From Moraxellaceae bacterium (GTDB taxonomy: Bacteria; Pseudomonadota; Gammaproteobacteria; Pseudomonadales; Moraxellaceae): a stretch of 63,668 bases of DNA. The notes below the pieces were generated by a model, which was not told the DNA's origin, did no database searches, and saw nothing but the letters and a program-made list of their open reading frames with translations. The stretch spans positions 1 through 63,668 of the forward strand of contig JBASJP010000151.1 of the NCBI GenBank assembly GCA_049655345.1, read 5' to 3'. Below, piece after piece: positions 13,171-22,870 of the stretch (position 1 is the first letter of the stretch; each line of letters begins with the position of its first letter). Both the position numbers and the translations under genes were made by a program.

Positions 13171-14636
13171 GCAGCCTCCCACGAGGCCAGGGCAGCCCTG
13201 ACTTCCTGCATGTCACTGAAGGGGTGTCGCACGCCGGCAACCTCCTGGTAATCCTCATGCCCCTTGCCAGCCACAAGCACAATGTCATCGACACTCGCAG
13301 AGTGGATGGCCTTCTGGATGGCAAGATGGCGGTCAATTTCAATCACGACCGGGAACTCGCCTGCACCGCTACGGATGTCTGCAATAATGGTTTCGGGTGA
13401 CTCGGAGCGAGGATTGTCCGTAGTCAGGATGACGTCATCGGCAAGGCGAGAGGCAACCAGACCCATCTCGGCACGCTTGCCGATGTCGCGATCACCACCG
13501 CAACCAAAGACACAAATCAAGCGTCCGGACACATGCTCACGCAGAGTCTGCAAGGCCTTTTCCAGGGCATCCGGTGTGTGGGCATAGTCTACGACTACCG
13601 TAGGATGTGCCCCCATCACGCTTTCCATGCGACCCGGCACCGGCAAGGCAGCGCGCAATGCAGTCGCGATATCGGCAGTCGGCACACCAAGCGCCAACAG
13701 GCCACCGACCACCGCAAGAATATTGCTGACGTTGAAGCGCCCCAACAACGGAACATCCAGCGCAAACTCGCCATCCGGGACAGCAATCAACATCGACAAA
13801 CCCTTCAAGGATGGCGTGATTCGCAACGCACGGATGTCCGCACGCGTATCCGGGGACTGGCTATAACGCAAGCAGCGAACGTCACTTGCCAGCACAGACG
13901 CATATCGCTCACCCGCCTTATCGTCCACATTGAGTACCGCTGCCTGCAGACCAGGCCAGCGGAAAAGAATTTCCTTGGCAGATGCATACCCGGTCATGTC
14001 GCCGTGATAGTCCAGATGGTCACGCGTCAAATTGGTGAACAATGCAACATCAATCCTGGTGCCGTTCAAACGCCCCTGCACCAGACCATGGGAGCTGGCT
14101 TCCATCGCGACAGCCTTGGCACCATCAACATGAAAACCGGCCAGCATTGCCTGCAGATGCAAGGCATCCAGCGTGGTGTGTGTCGATTTCTCCAGCGCAC
14201 CAAAGATGCCGTTACCAATCGTTCCCAATACTGCTGCTTTATCACCGAGACGCGTCAGCGCCCCAGCCAGAAGATTGGCCACACTGGTTTTTCCATTGGT
14301 GCCAGTCACCGCCAACACATTCATGTGCCGTGATGGCTCGTCATGAAATCGTGCAGCAATGTGCCCAACCACCTGATCAAGTGCATCCACCACAATGACC
14401 GGTATACCTTCGATAATCTGTGACTCGGGCCACTGGTCATCCCGCTCGGCAAACACTGCTACTGCTCCGGCAGCAATTACGGCTGGAATGAATTCACGTG
14501 CATCACGGGCATGCCCCTTCAGGGCCACAAACGCCATGCCAGGCCTGACCAGCCGGCTATCCAGCGCGAGCGCGGAAACAACAATCGTGGCGTGATCTTC
14601 TGCAACATCAGGCCAGAGTATCTGCAACGTCTTCAT
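13167..14636 (-). CDS. murE: UDP-MurNAc-L-Ala-D-Glu--2,6-diaminopimelate ligase
   Basis: VTGTNGKTS P-loop and a C-terminal DNPR motif (LTTDNPRSE). Confidence 0.95.
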   Translation of the reverse strand: MKTLQILWPDVAEDHATIVVSALALDSRLVRPGMAFVALKGHARDAREFIPAVIAAGAVAVFAERDDQWPESQIIEGIPVIVVDALDQVVGHIAARFHDEPSRHMNVLAVTGTNGKTSVANLLAGALTRLGDKAAVLGTIGNGIFGALEKSTHTTLDALHLQAMLAGFHVDGAKAVAMEASSHGLVQGRLNGTRIDVALFTNLTRDHLDYHGDMTGYASAKEILFRWPGLQAAVLNVDDKAGERYASVLASDVRCLRYSQSPDTRADIRALRITPSLKGLSMLIAVPDGEFALDVPLLGRFNVSNILAVVGGLLALGVPTADIATALRAALPVPGRMESVMGAHPTVVVDYAHTPDALEKALQTLREHVSGRLICVFGCGGDRDIGKRAEMGLVASRLADDVILTTDNPRSESPETIIADIRSGAGEFPVVIEIDRHLAIQKAIHSASVDDIVLVAGKGHEDYQEVAGVRHPFSDMQEVRAALASWEAA

Positions 14637-16369
14637 ACGCCGTCCTCCGATACCACTACTGCTGGAGAAACAGGCAAACGTCCTTGCTGCGCGAGATGCT
14701 CGGCACTGCGATCCGGCTCGATATTCATCAGGCGAAGCGTCTCGGCCATGATGCGAGAGAATACCGGTGCAGCAACCAGACCACCGTAATACTGACCATT
14801 ACTTGGGCTATCGATCACAACGGCAAGTACCACCTTCGGCCGGCTTGCAGGAGCCATTCCCACGAAAGTGGACATGTATTCGTCAGCGGCATACGTGCCA
14901 CCTACAGCCTTGTGTGCCGTACCGGTCTTGCCCGCAATGCGGTAACCAGGCACCGCTGCCTTCAGCGCCGTACCATCCTGGGTGACAACCGATTCCATCA
15001 TCGGAATCAGTTTATCGACAACAGACTGGTCGATGATGCGCACGCCTTTAACAGGCCCATCAACCCTGGTGAAGCTTACTGGTCGCGCTATGCCACCACT
15101 GGCCAGCGTTGCGTAACCGTGCGCCAACTGCAGTGCAGTCGTCGTCAAACCATACCCGTATGACATGGTGGCAATTTCCACCGGGCGCCAGCGCTCCGGC
15201 GGCTGCAGACGGCCAGCACTCTCACCCGGAAAGCCGGAGCCGGTATTCTTGCCAAAACCAAAGCGCCCAAGAAATGTCGGCAATGCTTCACGCGGCAACG
15301 ACAGCGCAATCTGTGTCGTACCAACATTGCTGGACTTGGTGATGATGGTACCGAGATCAATCACGCCATAATTCTGGTGATCACTGACTAGCTTGTTATG
15401 AACGCGATAAGTGCCTGGGTTGGTATTGAACAAGCTGCGTGGCGAATATTTTCCGCTTTCCATTGCAACCGCCACCGTAAACGGCTTCATGGTCGAACCG
15501 GGTTCGAACATGTCAGTGACAGCACGATTGCGCAATTCATCCGGCTTGAGCCGTGTACGGTTATTGGGATTGAATGAAGGCTGGTTCACCATCGCCAGCA
15601 CTTCACCCGTCTCCACATCCAGAGCGACAGCCGTACCGGCTTTTGCTCCATGCTGTGCAATAGCCGTCGCAAGTTCCCGATACGCCAGATACTGCGTACG
15701 CGCATCAAAGCTCAGGTACACATCCTGCCCCGGGCGGGCTGCCCGAATCAGCGCCACATCCTTGACCTTGCGCCCCTTCTGGTCACGCAAAACCCGCTTT
15801 TTGCCAGGCACTCCGCGCAACTTTTCTTCCAGCGCCAGCTCCAGACCTTCCTGGCCCGCATCATCAAGATTGGTAAAACCGATGATGTGCGAAGCCACCT
15901 CGCCTTCCGGATAGAAACGGCGGTACTCCGTCATGCCATAAACGCCTGGCAGCTCATTTGCCAGAACTTCCTCAGCGGCTTCAGGCGACAAATGCCGCTT
16001 CACGTACAAGAATTCACGCTTGCCATTTTCCTTGATGCGCCGGGCAACCGCAGCAGGCTCCAGATCAAGCGCCACAGCCAATGCACGAACATCGAGGCGT
16101 CGGGTAATTGCCTCTTTCGGATTCACCCAGATCGACACCACTGGCGTACTGACTGCCAGCGGCAAGCCATTGCGATCCTTGAGAATGCCACGATGCGCGG
16201 CAATCGGCTCTTCACGCAGCATGCGCGCATCACCCTGACGCTGCAGGAACTCCTGATCGATCACATGCAGGTACACCGCGCGCGTCGCCAGACCGCCAAA
16301 GCAGATAGCCATGATCACGACCACGACGGCATGACGCCCGGCGAAAGTCAGCCCCTTTGTGCCGTTCAT
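14633..16369 (-). CDS. ftsI: Division-specific transpeptidase PBP3
   Basis: N-terminal TM anchor and penicillin-binding motifs STMK (SxxK), SSN and KTGTA. Confidence 0.93.
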   Translation of the reverse strand: MNGTKGLTFAGRHAVVVVIMAICFGGLATRAVYLHVIDQEFLQRQGDARMLREEPIAAHRGILKDRNGLPLAVSTPVVSIWVNPKEAITRRLDVRALAVALDLEPAAVARRIKENGKREFLYVKRHLSPEAAEEVLANELPGVYGMTEYRRFYPEGEVASHIIGFTNLDDAGQEGLELALEEKLRGVPGKKRVLRDQKGRKVKDVALIRAARPGQDVYLSFDARTQYLAYRELATAIAQHGAKAGTAVALDVETGEVLAMVNQPSFNPNNRTRLKPDELRNRAVTDMFEPGSTMKPFTVAVAMESGKYSPRSLFNTNPGTYRVHNKLVSDHQNYGVIDLGTIITKSSNVGTTQIALSLPREALPTFLGRFGFGKNTGSGFPGESAGRLQPPERWRPVEIATMSYGYGLTTTALQLAHGYATLASGGIARPVSFTRVDGPVKGVRIIDQSVVDKLIPMMESVVTQDGTALKAAVPGYRIAGKTGTAHKAVGGTYAADEYMSTFVGMAPASRPKVVLAVVIDSPSNGQYYGGLVAAPVFSRIMAETLRLMNIEPDRSAEHLAQQGRLPVSPAVVVSEDGV

Positions 16370-16680
16370 TTCCGCACCATGATGATTTCAGTCGGCGCCG
16401 GATTGCGCATCTGGAGCTGCTCTGTTGCCAGACGGCCAATACGGCCGTAGGCACCCCATGCATGCTGCTCCAGCAGCAACTGACCCCATTCGGTCTCCAG
16501 ATGATCACGCTCTGCCTGCAGCTTTTGCAGCTCATACAGGTATTGACGCGACTTGTGCACACTGAATGTCACTGCAATGGCAGAGCTGACCAGAGTCACC
16601 ACAACAATACCAACCAGAAATATTCCCTGATTGCGTACCGGCAGTTTTCGGGTCAAATCACGGATTACCTGCAACATCAT
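16366..16680 (-). CDS. ftsL: Cell division protein FtsL
   Basis: 104 aa with one TM ([18 protein letters not shown]) followed by a coiled-coil-like segment. 4-nt overlaps with ftsI and rsmH. Confidence 0.8.
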   Translation of the reverse strand: MMLQVIRDLTRKLPVRNQGIFLVGIVVVTLVSSAIAVTFSVHKSRQYLYELQKLQAERDHLETEWGQLLLEQHAWGAYGRIGRLATEQLQMRNPAPTEIIMVRK

Positions 16681-17618
16681 GCAGCCTCCGCAATTTTTTC
16701 AGCGACACGCAGACGTGCGCTGCGGGAGCGGGGATTGGCGCTGACCTCTTCAACCGAAGGATCAATCGCCTTGCCGATAATTTTAAGCCGCGGCTTTAGC
16801 ATATCGACAGTTATGGGCAGCCCGGGCGGGAAATCATCACCCTTGGCTTCTTTCTGGAAATACTGTTTGACCAGACGATCTTCAAGCGAATGAAAGCTGA
16901 TGACTGCCAGACGGCCCTGCGGCTTCAGCACCCGCAAAGCATCGCGCAGGAAGCGTTCGATATCGCCCAGTTCGTTATTGATGAAAATGCGGATAGCCTG
17001 AAATGCGCGAGTCGCCGGATGCTTGTGTTTTTCCCAGGCGGGATGCGCCTCGGCCACAATATCAGCAAGCTGTTTTGTGCGAGTGATGGGACTTTCGGCA
17101 CGAACCCTCACGATCGCGCGCGCAATGCGACGGGAATGCCGTTCCTCGCCAAACTCGAACAACACTCGTGCCAGTTCTGTTTCATCCACACCGGCAATCC
17201 ATTCCGCTGCACTTTGACCACGCGTCACATCCATACGCATGTCGAGCGGACCATCATTCATGAAGCTGAAACCACGCTCGGCATCATCCAGCTGTGGCGA
17301 TGACACGCCAAGGTCTGCCAGCACACCATTCACGCTGCCAGCCAGACCCATTGCCGTAATGACATCAAGAATATCGGCGAAGGACTCATGAACAATCGAA
17401 AAACGGGCGTCTTCAGCCGCCAGCAACTGCCCCGCAGCAATCGCCTGGGGATCCTTGTCAAATCCGATTACCCGGGCATCTGCATCAAGCTGCGCCAGCA
17501 AATGCCGCGTGTGGCCTCCGCGACCAAACGTAGCATCAACATAGACGCCATCACGCGCTCCCAATACCGACACTACCGCCTCATCAAGGAGGACGGTCTG
17601 GTGGACGAAGGCGGTCAT
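16677..17618 (-). CDS. rsmH: 16S rRNA m4C1402 methyltransferase
   Basis: [20 protein letters not shown] motif and ISFHSLEDR motif. Confidence 0.95.
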   Translation of the reverse strand: MTAFVHQTVLLDEAVVSVLGARDGVYVDATFGRGGHTRHLLAQLDADARVIGFDKDPQAIAAGQLLAAEDARFSIVHESFADILDVITAMGLAGSVNGVLADLGVSSPQLDDAERGFSFMNDGPLDMRMDVTRGQSAAEWIAGVDETELARVLFEFGEERHSRRIARAIVRVRAESPITRTKQLADIVAEAHPAWEKHKHPATRAFQAIRIFINNELGDIERFLRDALRVLKPQGRLAVISFHSLEDRLVKQYFQKEAKGDDFPPGLPITVDMLKPRLKIIGKAIDPSVEEVSANPRSRSARLRVAEKIAEAA

Positions 17619-17620
17619 GA

Positions 17621-18076
17621 TTACAAGGCCAGACTATCGAGGGCGGCGGCAAGCTCCGGCGCAGAGAAATCTGCGACACCGGTTTCAGCCTGGAGCTTGT
17701 CCCAGGCCTGCTTGTCCCATATTTCACACTTCTTGCCTTGGCCGGTCAGCACAATGGCCTTTTCTAGGCCAGCAAAGGCGCGTAACTCGGGGCTGAGGAG
17801 CAGGCGACCCGTAGCATCCAGACTGACTTCGGTTGCATAACCGATCAGCCGGCGCTTGATCTTCTGCGAATTGGGGTTGGACACCGGCAACTTGCCAAGG
17901 CCTGCCTCGATGGTTTCCCACTCGTGCAGGGGGTAGAGTGCCAGGCAGTTTTCCGTGAGATCGACAGTGACAACGAACTTGCCCTGGCACGCAGCGAGCA
18001 CACGCTCGTGGTAGCGCGTCGGTAAACCGATGCGCCCCTTGGCGTCCATATTGAGCTCGTCGTAACCTCTGAACAC
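17621..18076 (-). CDS. mraZ: Transcriptional regulator MraZ
   Basis: [23 protein letters not shown]-terminus and a duplicated SpoVT/AbrB-like module. GTG start; first gene of the dcw cluster. Confidence 0.93.
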   Translation of the reverse strand: MFRGYDELNMDAKGRIGLPTRYHERVLAACQGKFVVTVDLTENCLALYPLHEWETIEAGLGKLPVSNPNSQKIKRRLIGYATEVSLDATGRLLLSPELRAFAGLEKAIVLTGQGKKCEIWDKQAWDKLQAETGVADFSAPELAAALDSLAL

Positions 18077-18116
18077 GATGCGTCATCCACTCGCTTGGAG
18101 TTTTCTTCCAGAATTC

Positions 18117-18141
18117 GCCACAAAACTGCACTTTTCACCAC
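18117..18141 (-). promoter_or_regulatory. MraZ-box-like operator: three direct GTGNN repeats with 10-bp phasing
   Basis: The minus strand reads GTGGTgaaaaGTGCAgttttGTGGC, just downstream of the candidate -10 and 41 nt upstream of the mraZ start. This resembles the phased repeat operator described for E. coli MraZ. Confidence 0.5.
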
Positions 18142-18150
18142 TTGCAGCGA

Positions 18151-18180
18151 ACTATAGAGATCGATTGGCTTTAGCGTCAA
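18151..18180 (-). promoter_or_regulatory. Candidate sigma70 promoter of the dcw operon (Pmra)
   Basis: Minus strand TTGACG (18180-18175), 18-nt spacer, TATAGT (18156-18151). Confidence 0.45.
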
Positions 18181-18458
18181 GGAAGGACCGGGGCGTTATA
18201 AGAGGCAATAAAATCATTAATAATCAATGGGTTACAAACTACTGTGCGGAATAACAGCAAAGATCAACGCCTTTAAAAACAATGGCTTGCAAACGCGTCT
18301 TAAAGCCGAATATGACGCCATTTATTCTTAAGAATTTTTAGTTATTTCGTCATCCTTGCTCGAAACAACAGGCTTTAACCCGCGCATTGCCAAAGGCCAG
18401 CGTGCCGCCGGCATTGCGCCGGCAAGGGTGATGGCAGGGAAACCTGCCACAAATGAAA

Positions 18459-18813
<355 letters not shown>

Positions 18814-18820
18814 GGCGCGG

Positions 18821-18849
18821 AGATTACGCAGGAGTCCACCCGGACACAA
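18821..18849 (-). promoter_or_regulatory. Candidate rnpB promoter
   Basis: Minus strand TTGTGT, 17-nt spacer, TAATCT, then 7 nt to the G that begins P1 (18813). It lies in the rsmI-rnpB spacer. Confidence 0.4.
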
Positions 18850-18867
18850 GGACAAGACGTGGGGAAA

Positions 18868-19710
18868 TCAGCCCTTCAGACCGAGCGCACGCTCATACAG
18901 CGCATTTTTCTTGAGTCCGGTAATGCTGGCCGCCAATGCTGCGGCCTGCTTTACAGGTAGCTCCTCCAGCAGGATGCCAAGCACCCGGTCCGCCTCCTGC
19001 CAGTCCTGCTCACCCACGGCCTCTGGCAATCCCTCCAGCACCAGCACTATTTCACCACGCTGCTGATCCGGATCAGCGCTTACCCACGCCAGCATCTCCG
19101 TAAGTGAGTACTGACGTACGGTTTCGAATGTCTTGGTCAGCTCACGCGCCAGCACAATGCGCCTTTCACCCCCCAGCACCGCCACCATGTCCTGCAGGCA
19201 CTCCACAATGCGATGCGGCGCCTCATAGAACATCAATGTGCGGGTCTCCCCCGCGAGTTGCTGCAGGCGCTCACGACGGCCTGCCGTCTTTGCCGGCAGG
19301 AAGCCCTCAAAAATGAAGCGGTCAGAAGGCAAACCTGCCGCCGACAGTGCCGCAATTGCGGCACAGGCACCAGGCACAGGAACCACTCGCAGGCCAGCCG
19401 ACTGTGCCGCCGCCACCAGCCGGTAGCCGGGATCACTGATTAGCGGCGTGCCGGCATCGGAGATGAGGGCAATGTCATCACCACGCCCCAGTTGGTCCAG
19501 CAAACCCTGCACCCGACCGGCTTCGTTATGGTCATGCACAGCCACCAGCCGCGTCGGAATATTGAAATGCTGCAACAGCCTCCCGGAGTGCCGTGTATCT
19601 TCCGCCGCCACCACCGACACCGCCTTCAGCGTGGCAACAGCACGCGGACTCCAGTCGTCCAGATTGCCAATAGGCGTCGCCACCACATACAGTACGCCCT
19701 TCTTTTGCAT
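18868..19710 (-). CDS. rsmI: 16S rRNA 2'-O-ribose C1402 methyltransferase
   Basis: ORF trimmed to ATG 19710 (280 aa). LYVVATPIGNLDD, AAEDTRHSG and SDAGTPLISDPG motifs match RsmI/YraL. Confidence 0.93.
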   Translation of the reverse strand: MQKKGVLYVVATPIGNLDDWSPRAVATLKAVSVVAAEDTRHSGRLLQHFNIPTRLVAVHDHNEAGRVQGLLDQLGRGDDIALISDAGTPLISDPGYRLVAAAQSAGLRVVPVPGACAAIAALSAAGLPSDRFIFEGFLPAKTAGRRERLQQLAGETRTLMFYEAPHRIVECLQDMVAVLGGERRIVLARELTKTFETVRQYSLTEMLAWVSADPDQQRGEIVLVLEGLPEAVGEQDWQEADRVLGILLEELPVKQAAALAASITGLKKNALYERALGLKG

Positions 19711-19729
19711 GATTGCCCCTGTGTGCCCC

Positions 19730-20818
19730 ATGTATTCCACTATTGGCCGGTGCATCGGCCTGCTGATCGCTCTGACAACCGGACTGGCAAACCCTGCCCA
19801 CGCCGCGCCTGTTGATGAGGTTGCCATCCTGCTGCCTCAAAAGGGACGGCTGACCCAGGTTGCCCAGACCATTCGTGACGGTCTGCTGGCTGCGTATTAT
19901 CAGGACAGCCAGACCCGCACCGATAGCCCTCGGCTGCGTTTTTATGACAGCAGTGATGTATCTGCCCCTGCACTGGTTGCCGAAGCCGTCGCTAATGGTG
20001 CCGATGCCATCATTGGTCCGCTGGAGCGTGAACAGGTACAGGCACTGCTGAACACCGGCAGCCCGCCTGTTCCCGTGATTGCCCTGAACCGTGCCGAAGG
20101 TGACCAGACCAACCTGCTCCAGATGGCACTCGCCCCCGAGGATGAAATTGCCACGCTGGCCTTGTGGATGCACAAGCGTGGCATACGGCGCCCGCACCTG
20201 CTGTTTCTGGCTTCCGATGCAGGCGCCACGCGCTTTCTTCAGCTGTTCGACGCGGCATGGCAAGCGTTTGACCTCACCCGGCCACCCAGGCATGCCCTTG
20301 ATGCCGCACAAAAAGGCGGCGTGGCGACATCAGTCAAAATGCTGAAGGACGCTGCCGGAAACAGTGACGGCTTCTTTCTGGCCAGCCCGGCGATTGCCAG
20401 CCAGGTACAGCCGGCGCTGACTTATTACAACAACACGCTCCCCCTGTTCACCCTTTCTGCTGCCTGGGACCCAGGTGCGGATGCCGCCACACAGCAGGAC
20501 ATGGAGGGTGTGGCATTTTGTGGGCTGCCCTGGCTGCTGGAAGGCGAGCGCCCCGAGCAAGCCGCATTGTACGCAGCCCAGCCACGTCCTGCGGCCAGTC
20601 ATGACCGGCTTTATGCCCTTGGTGCAGATGCATGGAGCGTGCTGCACTCTCTTGCTGCCCTGCAGCGCGGCAGCGCACTCCCGTTACGTACCGGCCTGCT
20701 CCATCTTGATGAAAAAGGCCAGCTTGTCCGTCTTCCCAGCTGCGCGGAGATACGCCATGGAATGGCAACCACCCTGTTCACCCCCGAGCCTCCCCGACCG
20801 GCAGCAAGCCGGCGCTGA
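19730..20818 (+). CDS. lpoA: LpoA/LppC-family penicillin-binding-protein activator, C-terminal domain only
   Basis: ATG 19730, Sec-type signal MYSTIGRCIGLLIALTTGLANPAHA, then VAILLPQKGRLTQVAQTIRDGLLAAYY (start of the periplasmic-binding-protein-like LpoA C-domain). Synteny is rsmI <> lpoA-yraN-diaA-dolP, as in E. coli. Confidence 0.75.
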   Translation: MYSTIGRCIGLLIALTTGLANPAHAAPVDEVAILLPQKGRLTQVAQTIRDGLLAAYYQDSQTRTDSPRLRFYDSSDVSAPALVAEAVANGADAIIGPLEREQVQALLNTGSPPVPVIALNRAEGDQTNLLQMALAPEDEIATLALWMHKRGIRRPHLLFLASDAGATRFLQLFDAAWQAFDLTRPPRHALDAAQKGGVATSVKMLKDAAGNSDGFFLASPAIASQVQPALTYYNNTLPLFTLSAAWDPGADAATQQDMEGVAFCGLPWLLEGERPEQAALYAAQPRPAASHDRLYALGADAWSVLHSLAALQRGSALPLRTGLLHLDEKGQLVRLPSCAEIRHGMATTLFTPEPPRPAASRR

Positions 20819-21152
20819 GGCGGAACTATCTGCGCGCCGTCACCTCGAACAGCATGGCTGCCAGTTTGTCTGCGCCAACTACCGTAGCCGGCGCGGAGAA
20901 ATCGACCTCGTCATGATGCATCAGAACCGGCTGCTTTTTGTCGAAGTCCGCATGCGTCGGCACGAGGCCTTTGGCGGTGCGGCCGGCAGCATCACTTACG
21001 CCAAGCAACAAAAAGTAATTGCATGCGCAAGGGCTTTTCTCCACCATCATCCGCAGTTCTACAATCACGACTGCCGCTTTGACGTCGTCACGCTCCAGCG
21101 TCTTCAGCACAGCTGGCAGATCGACTGGCTACCTGATGCCTTTACCACCTGA
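20757..21152 (+). CDS. yraN: UPF0102/YraN endonuclease-like protein
   Basis: 131 aa from ATG 20757. GEIDLVM...LLFVEVRMR core; overlaps the lpoA 3' end. Confidence 0.85.
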   Translation: MEWQPPCSPPSLPDRQQAGAEAELSARRHLEQHGCQFVCANYRSRRGEIDLVMMHQNRLLFVEVRMRRHEAFGGAAGSITYAKQQKVIACARAFLHHHPQFYNHDCRFDVVTLQRLQHSWQIDWLPDAFTT

Positions 21153-21160
21153 ACCCGCTC

Positions 21161-21751
21161 ATGCAGAACCGGATACTCACCCTTACTGGCGACAGCCTGC
21201 AGACACTGACGGCAATTGCTGAAACCCGTATCACTGACGTTGTCACGCTGGCGCAGCTCATGGTTGACAGCCTCATGCAGGATCAGCGTATTTTCTGTTG
21301 TGGCAACGGCGCCTCGGCCGCCAATGCCCTGAGCTTTGCCAGCAAACTGGCCAACCGCTATGAGCGTGAACGACCCGCATTTCCGGTCATCATGCTCGGC
21401 CAGGACAGCGCCGTACTGACGGCCATTGCTGCCGATGTCAGCTTTCAGGATGTATTTGCCCGACCACTGCAGGCCCTTGCCCGTCCTGGCGACCTGCTGC
21501 TGGCACTCAGCGCAAGCGGCAATGCGGCCAACGTGGTGCAAGCGGCCCGGGTGATGCAATCTGTTGGCGGCAAGGTACTGGCCCTCACCGGTGAAGAGGG
21601 TGGCGAGCTTGGTCGCAACATGCGACCGGATGACATTCACCTGCGTCTGCCTGGCAACAGCTTTGCCCGCGTTCATGAGGCCCAGCTGTTTGTGCTTAAT
21701 TGCTGCTGTGATCTTATTGATCGCGAATTCTTCGGAGCAAATGATGTATAG
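21161..21751 (+). CDS. diaA: SIS-domain DnaA initiator-associating protein DiaA (GmhA-like)
   Basis: CCGNGASAANALSFASKLANRYERERPAFPVI...LTGEEGGEL...NCCCDLID aligns closely by eye with E. coli DiaA. Confidence 0.85.
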   Translation: MQNRILTLTGDSLQTLTAIAETRITDVVTLAQLMVDSLMQDQRIFCCGNGASAANALSFASKLANRYERERPAFPVIMLGQDSAVLTAIAADVSFQDVFARPLQALARPGDLLLALSASGNAANVVQAARVMQSVGGKVLALTGEEGGELGRNMRPDDIHLRLPGNSFARVHEAQLFVLNCCCDLIDREFFGANDV

Positions 21752-22349
21752 GATTATTGCTGCACTTTCTCTCGCGATGATGGTGTCAGGCTGTAGCAGC
21801 CTGATTGCCAGCGCCACCGGTCCCGAGCCTATCGGGCTGTCTCCCGGTGAGCGCACATTCAGCATGAGCCTTGATGACAGCAACATCGAGACAACGGCCG
21901 AGGTCAACATAATCAAGGCCGATGCGCGCTTCCGCGAGGCCAACGTCAATGTCATCAGCTTTTACAACAGCGTATTGCTGGCCGGACAGGTCCAGAACGA
22001 AGAGCTGAAACAGAAGGCCGAAGAGGTTGTACGCAAGATTGCCGAAGTCAGACAGGTGCATAACGAGCTGATCATTGCAGAGGCAAGCTACTACGGCCAG
22101 CGCACCAATGACGGTCTCATTTCAACCCGCATCCGTACCGCACTGACACTGGAGAAGGGCTTCCCCTCTTCTCGCACCAAGGTCTTTACCGTCGGTGGAA
22201 CCGTTTACCTGATGGGCAAGCTGACAGCGGCCGAAGCCGACAAGGCGGTCCTGATCATCAGTCAGGTGGGTGGCGTGCAGAAAATCGTCAAAATGCTGGA
22301 TTACCTGCCTGACACCCAGCCTGCAAGTTCAGCGGCAAAGAGCAGCTAA
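21741..22349 (+). CDS. dolP: Dual-BON-domain outer-membrane lipoprotein DolP (YraP)
   Basis: ATG 21741 and the lipobox in MMYRIIAALSLAMMVSGC. Two BON-like repeats (VLLAGQV.., VYLMGKL..). Confidence 0.85.
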   Translation: MMYRIIAALSLAMMVSGCSSLIASATGPEPIGLSPGERTFSMSLDDSNIETTAEVNIIKADARFREANVNVISFYNSVLLAGQVQNEELKQKAEEVVRKIAEVRQVHNELIIAEASYYGQRTNDGLISTRIRTALTLEKGFPSSRTKVFTVGGTVYLMGKLTAAEADKAVLIISQVGGVQKIVKMLDYLPDTQPASSAAKSS

Positions 22350-22358
22350 ACTTGCACC

Positions 22359-22392
22359 CATGAAAAAGCCCGCGAAAGCGGGCTTTTTCATG
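22359..22392. terminator. Bidirectional intrinsic terminator between dolP and sspB
   Basis: CATGAAAAAGCCCGC-GAAA-GCGGGCTTTTTCATG: a GC stem flanked by A5 and T5 runs, between convergent stops at 22349 and 22395. Confidence 0.8.
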
Positions 22393-22394
22393 GA

Positions 22395-22790
22395 CTACTT
22401 CACCACCCTCAATGTCGGGCGTACCGGCTTCTCCGGCTCAGGTGGCTCGTCACCACCATCGTCCGGCGGAAAATTCTCGTCTTCATCAAAGAACATGCCC
22501 TGTCCGTTTTCACGTGCATATATTGCCAATACCGCCGCCATGGGCGCGTGTATCTGCATGGGCACACCACCAAAACGGGCCGAGAAACTCAGGGCATCAT
22601 TGTGAATGAGCAGATCACGCACAGCCCCGGGAGCAATGTTCAGAACAATGCGGCCATCCTGAACATAGGCCACCGGCACTTGTACGCCAGGCCTGGCCAC
22701 ATCGACCAGCACATGCGGCGTCAGCTCATTGTCATTGAGCCATTCGTAGATAGCCCGTACCAGATAAGGTCTGCTGGGTGTCACGCCCAT
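22395..22790 (-). CDS. sspB: ClpXP specificity adaptor SspB
   Basis: RPYLVRAIYEWLNDNELTPHVLVD N-terminus, an acidic linker, and the C-terminal ClpX-binding tail RPTLRVVK. Confidence 0.93.
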   Translation of the reverse strand: MGVTPSRPYLVRAIYEWLNDNELTPHVLVDVARPGVQVPVAYVQDGRIVLNIAPGAVRDLLIHNDALSFSARFGGVPMQIHAPMAAVLAIYARENGQGMFFDEDENFPPDDGGDEPPEPEKPVRPTLRVVK

Positions 22791-22870
22791 TTCTCCCTAC
22801 AGAAGAACCTGCTTCACATGAAAAAAGGGATGGCATGCCATCCCTTTTTTAACAGCAACGCCAGACAGAA

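Noticed and set aside
19448-19729. Long N-terminal extensions in the ORF track for lpoA (from 19448). Similar extensions occur for lpxC, ftsW, rsmI, yraN, dolP, rplM, the NIF3 gene, hisC, murA, mlaC, lptA, hpf, rapZ, yjgA, the DUF2806-like gene, maf and gatC.
   Set aside because: The extensions overlap neighbouring genes, lack an RBS, and precede internal ATGs that reproduce the canonical family N-termini. The features were trimmed accordingly.
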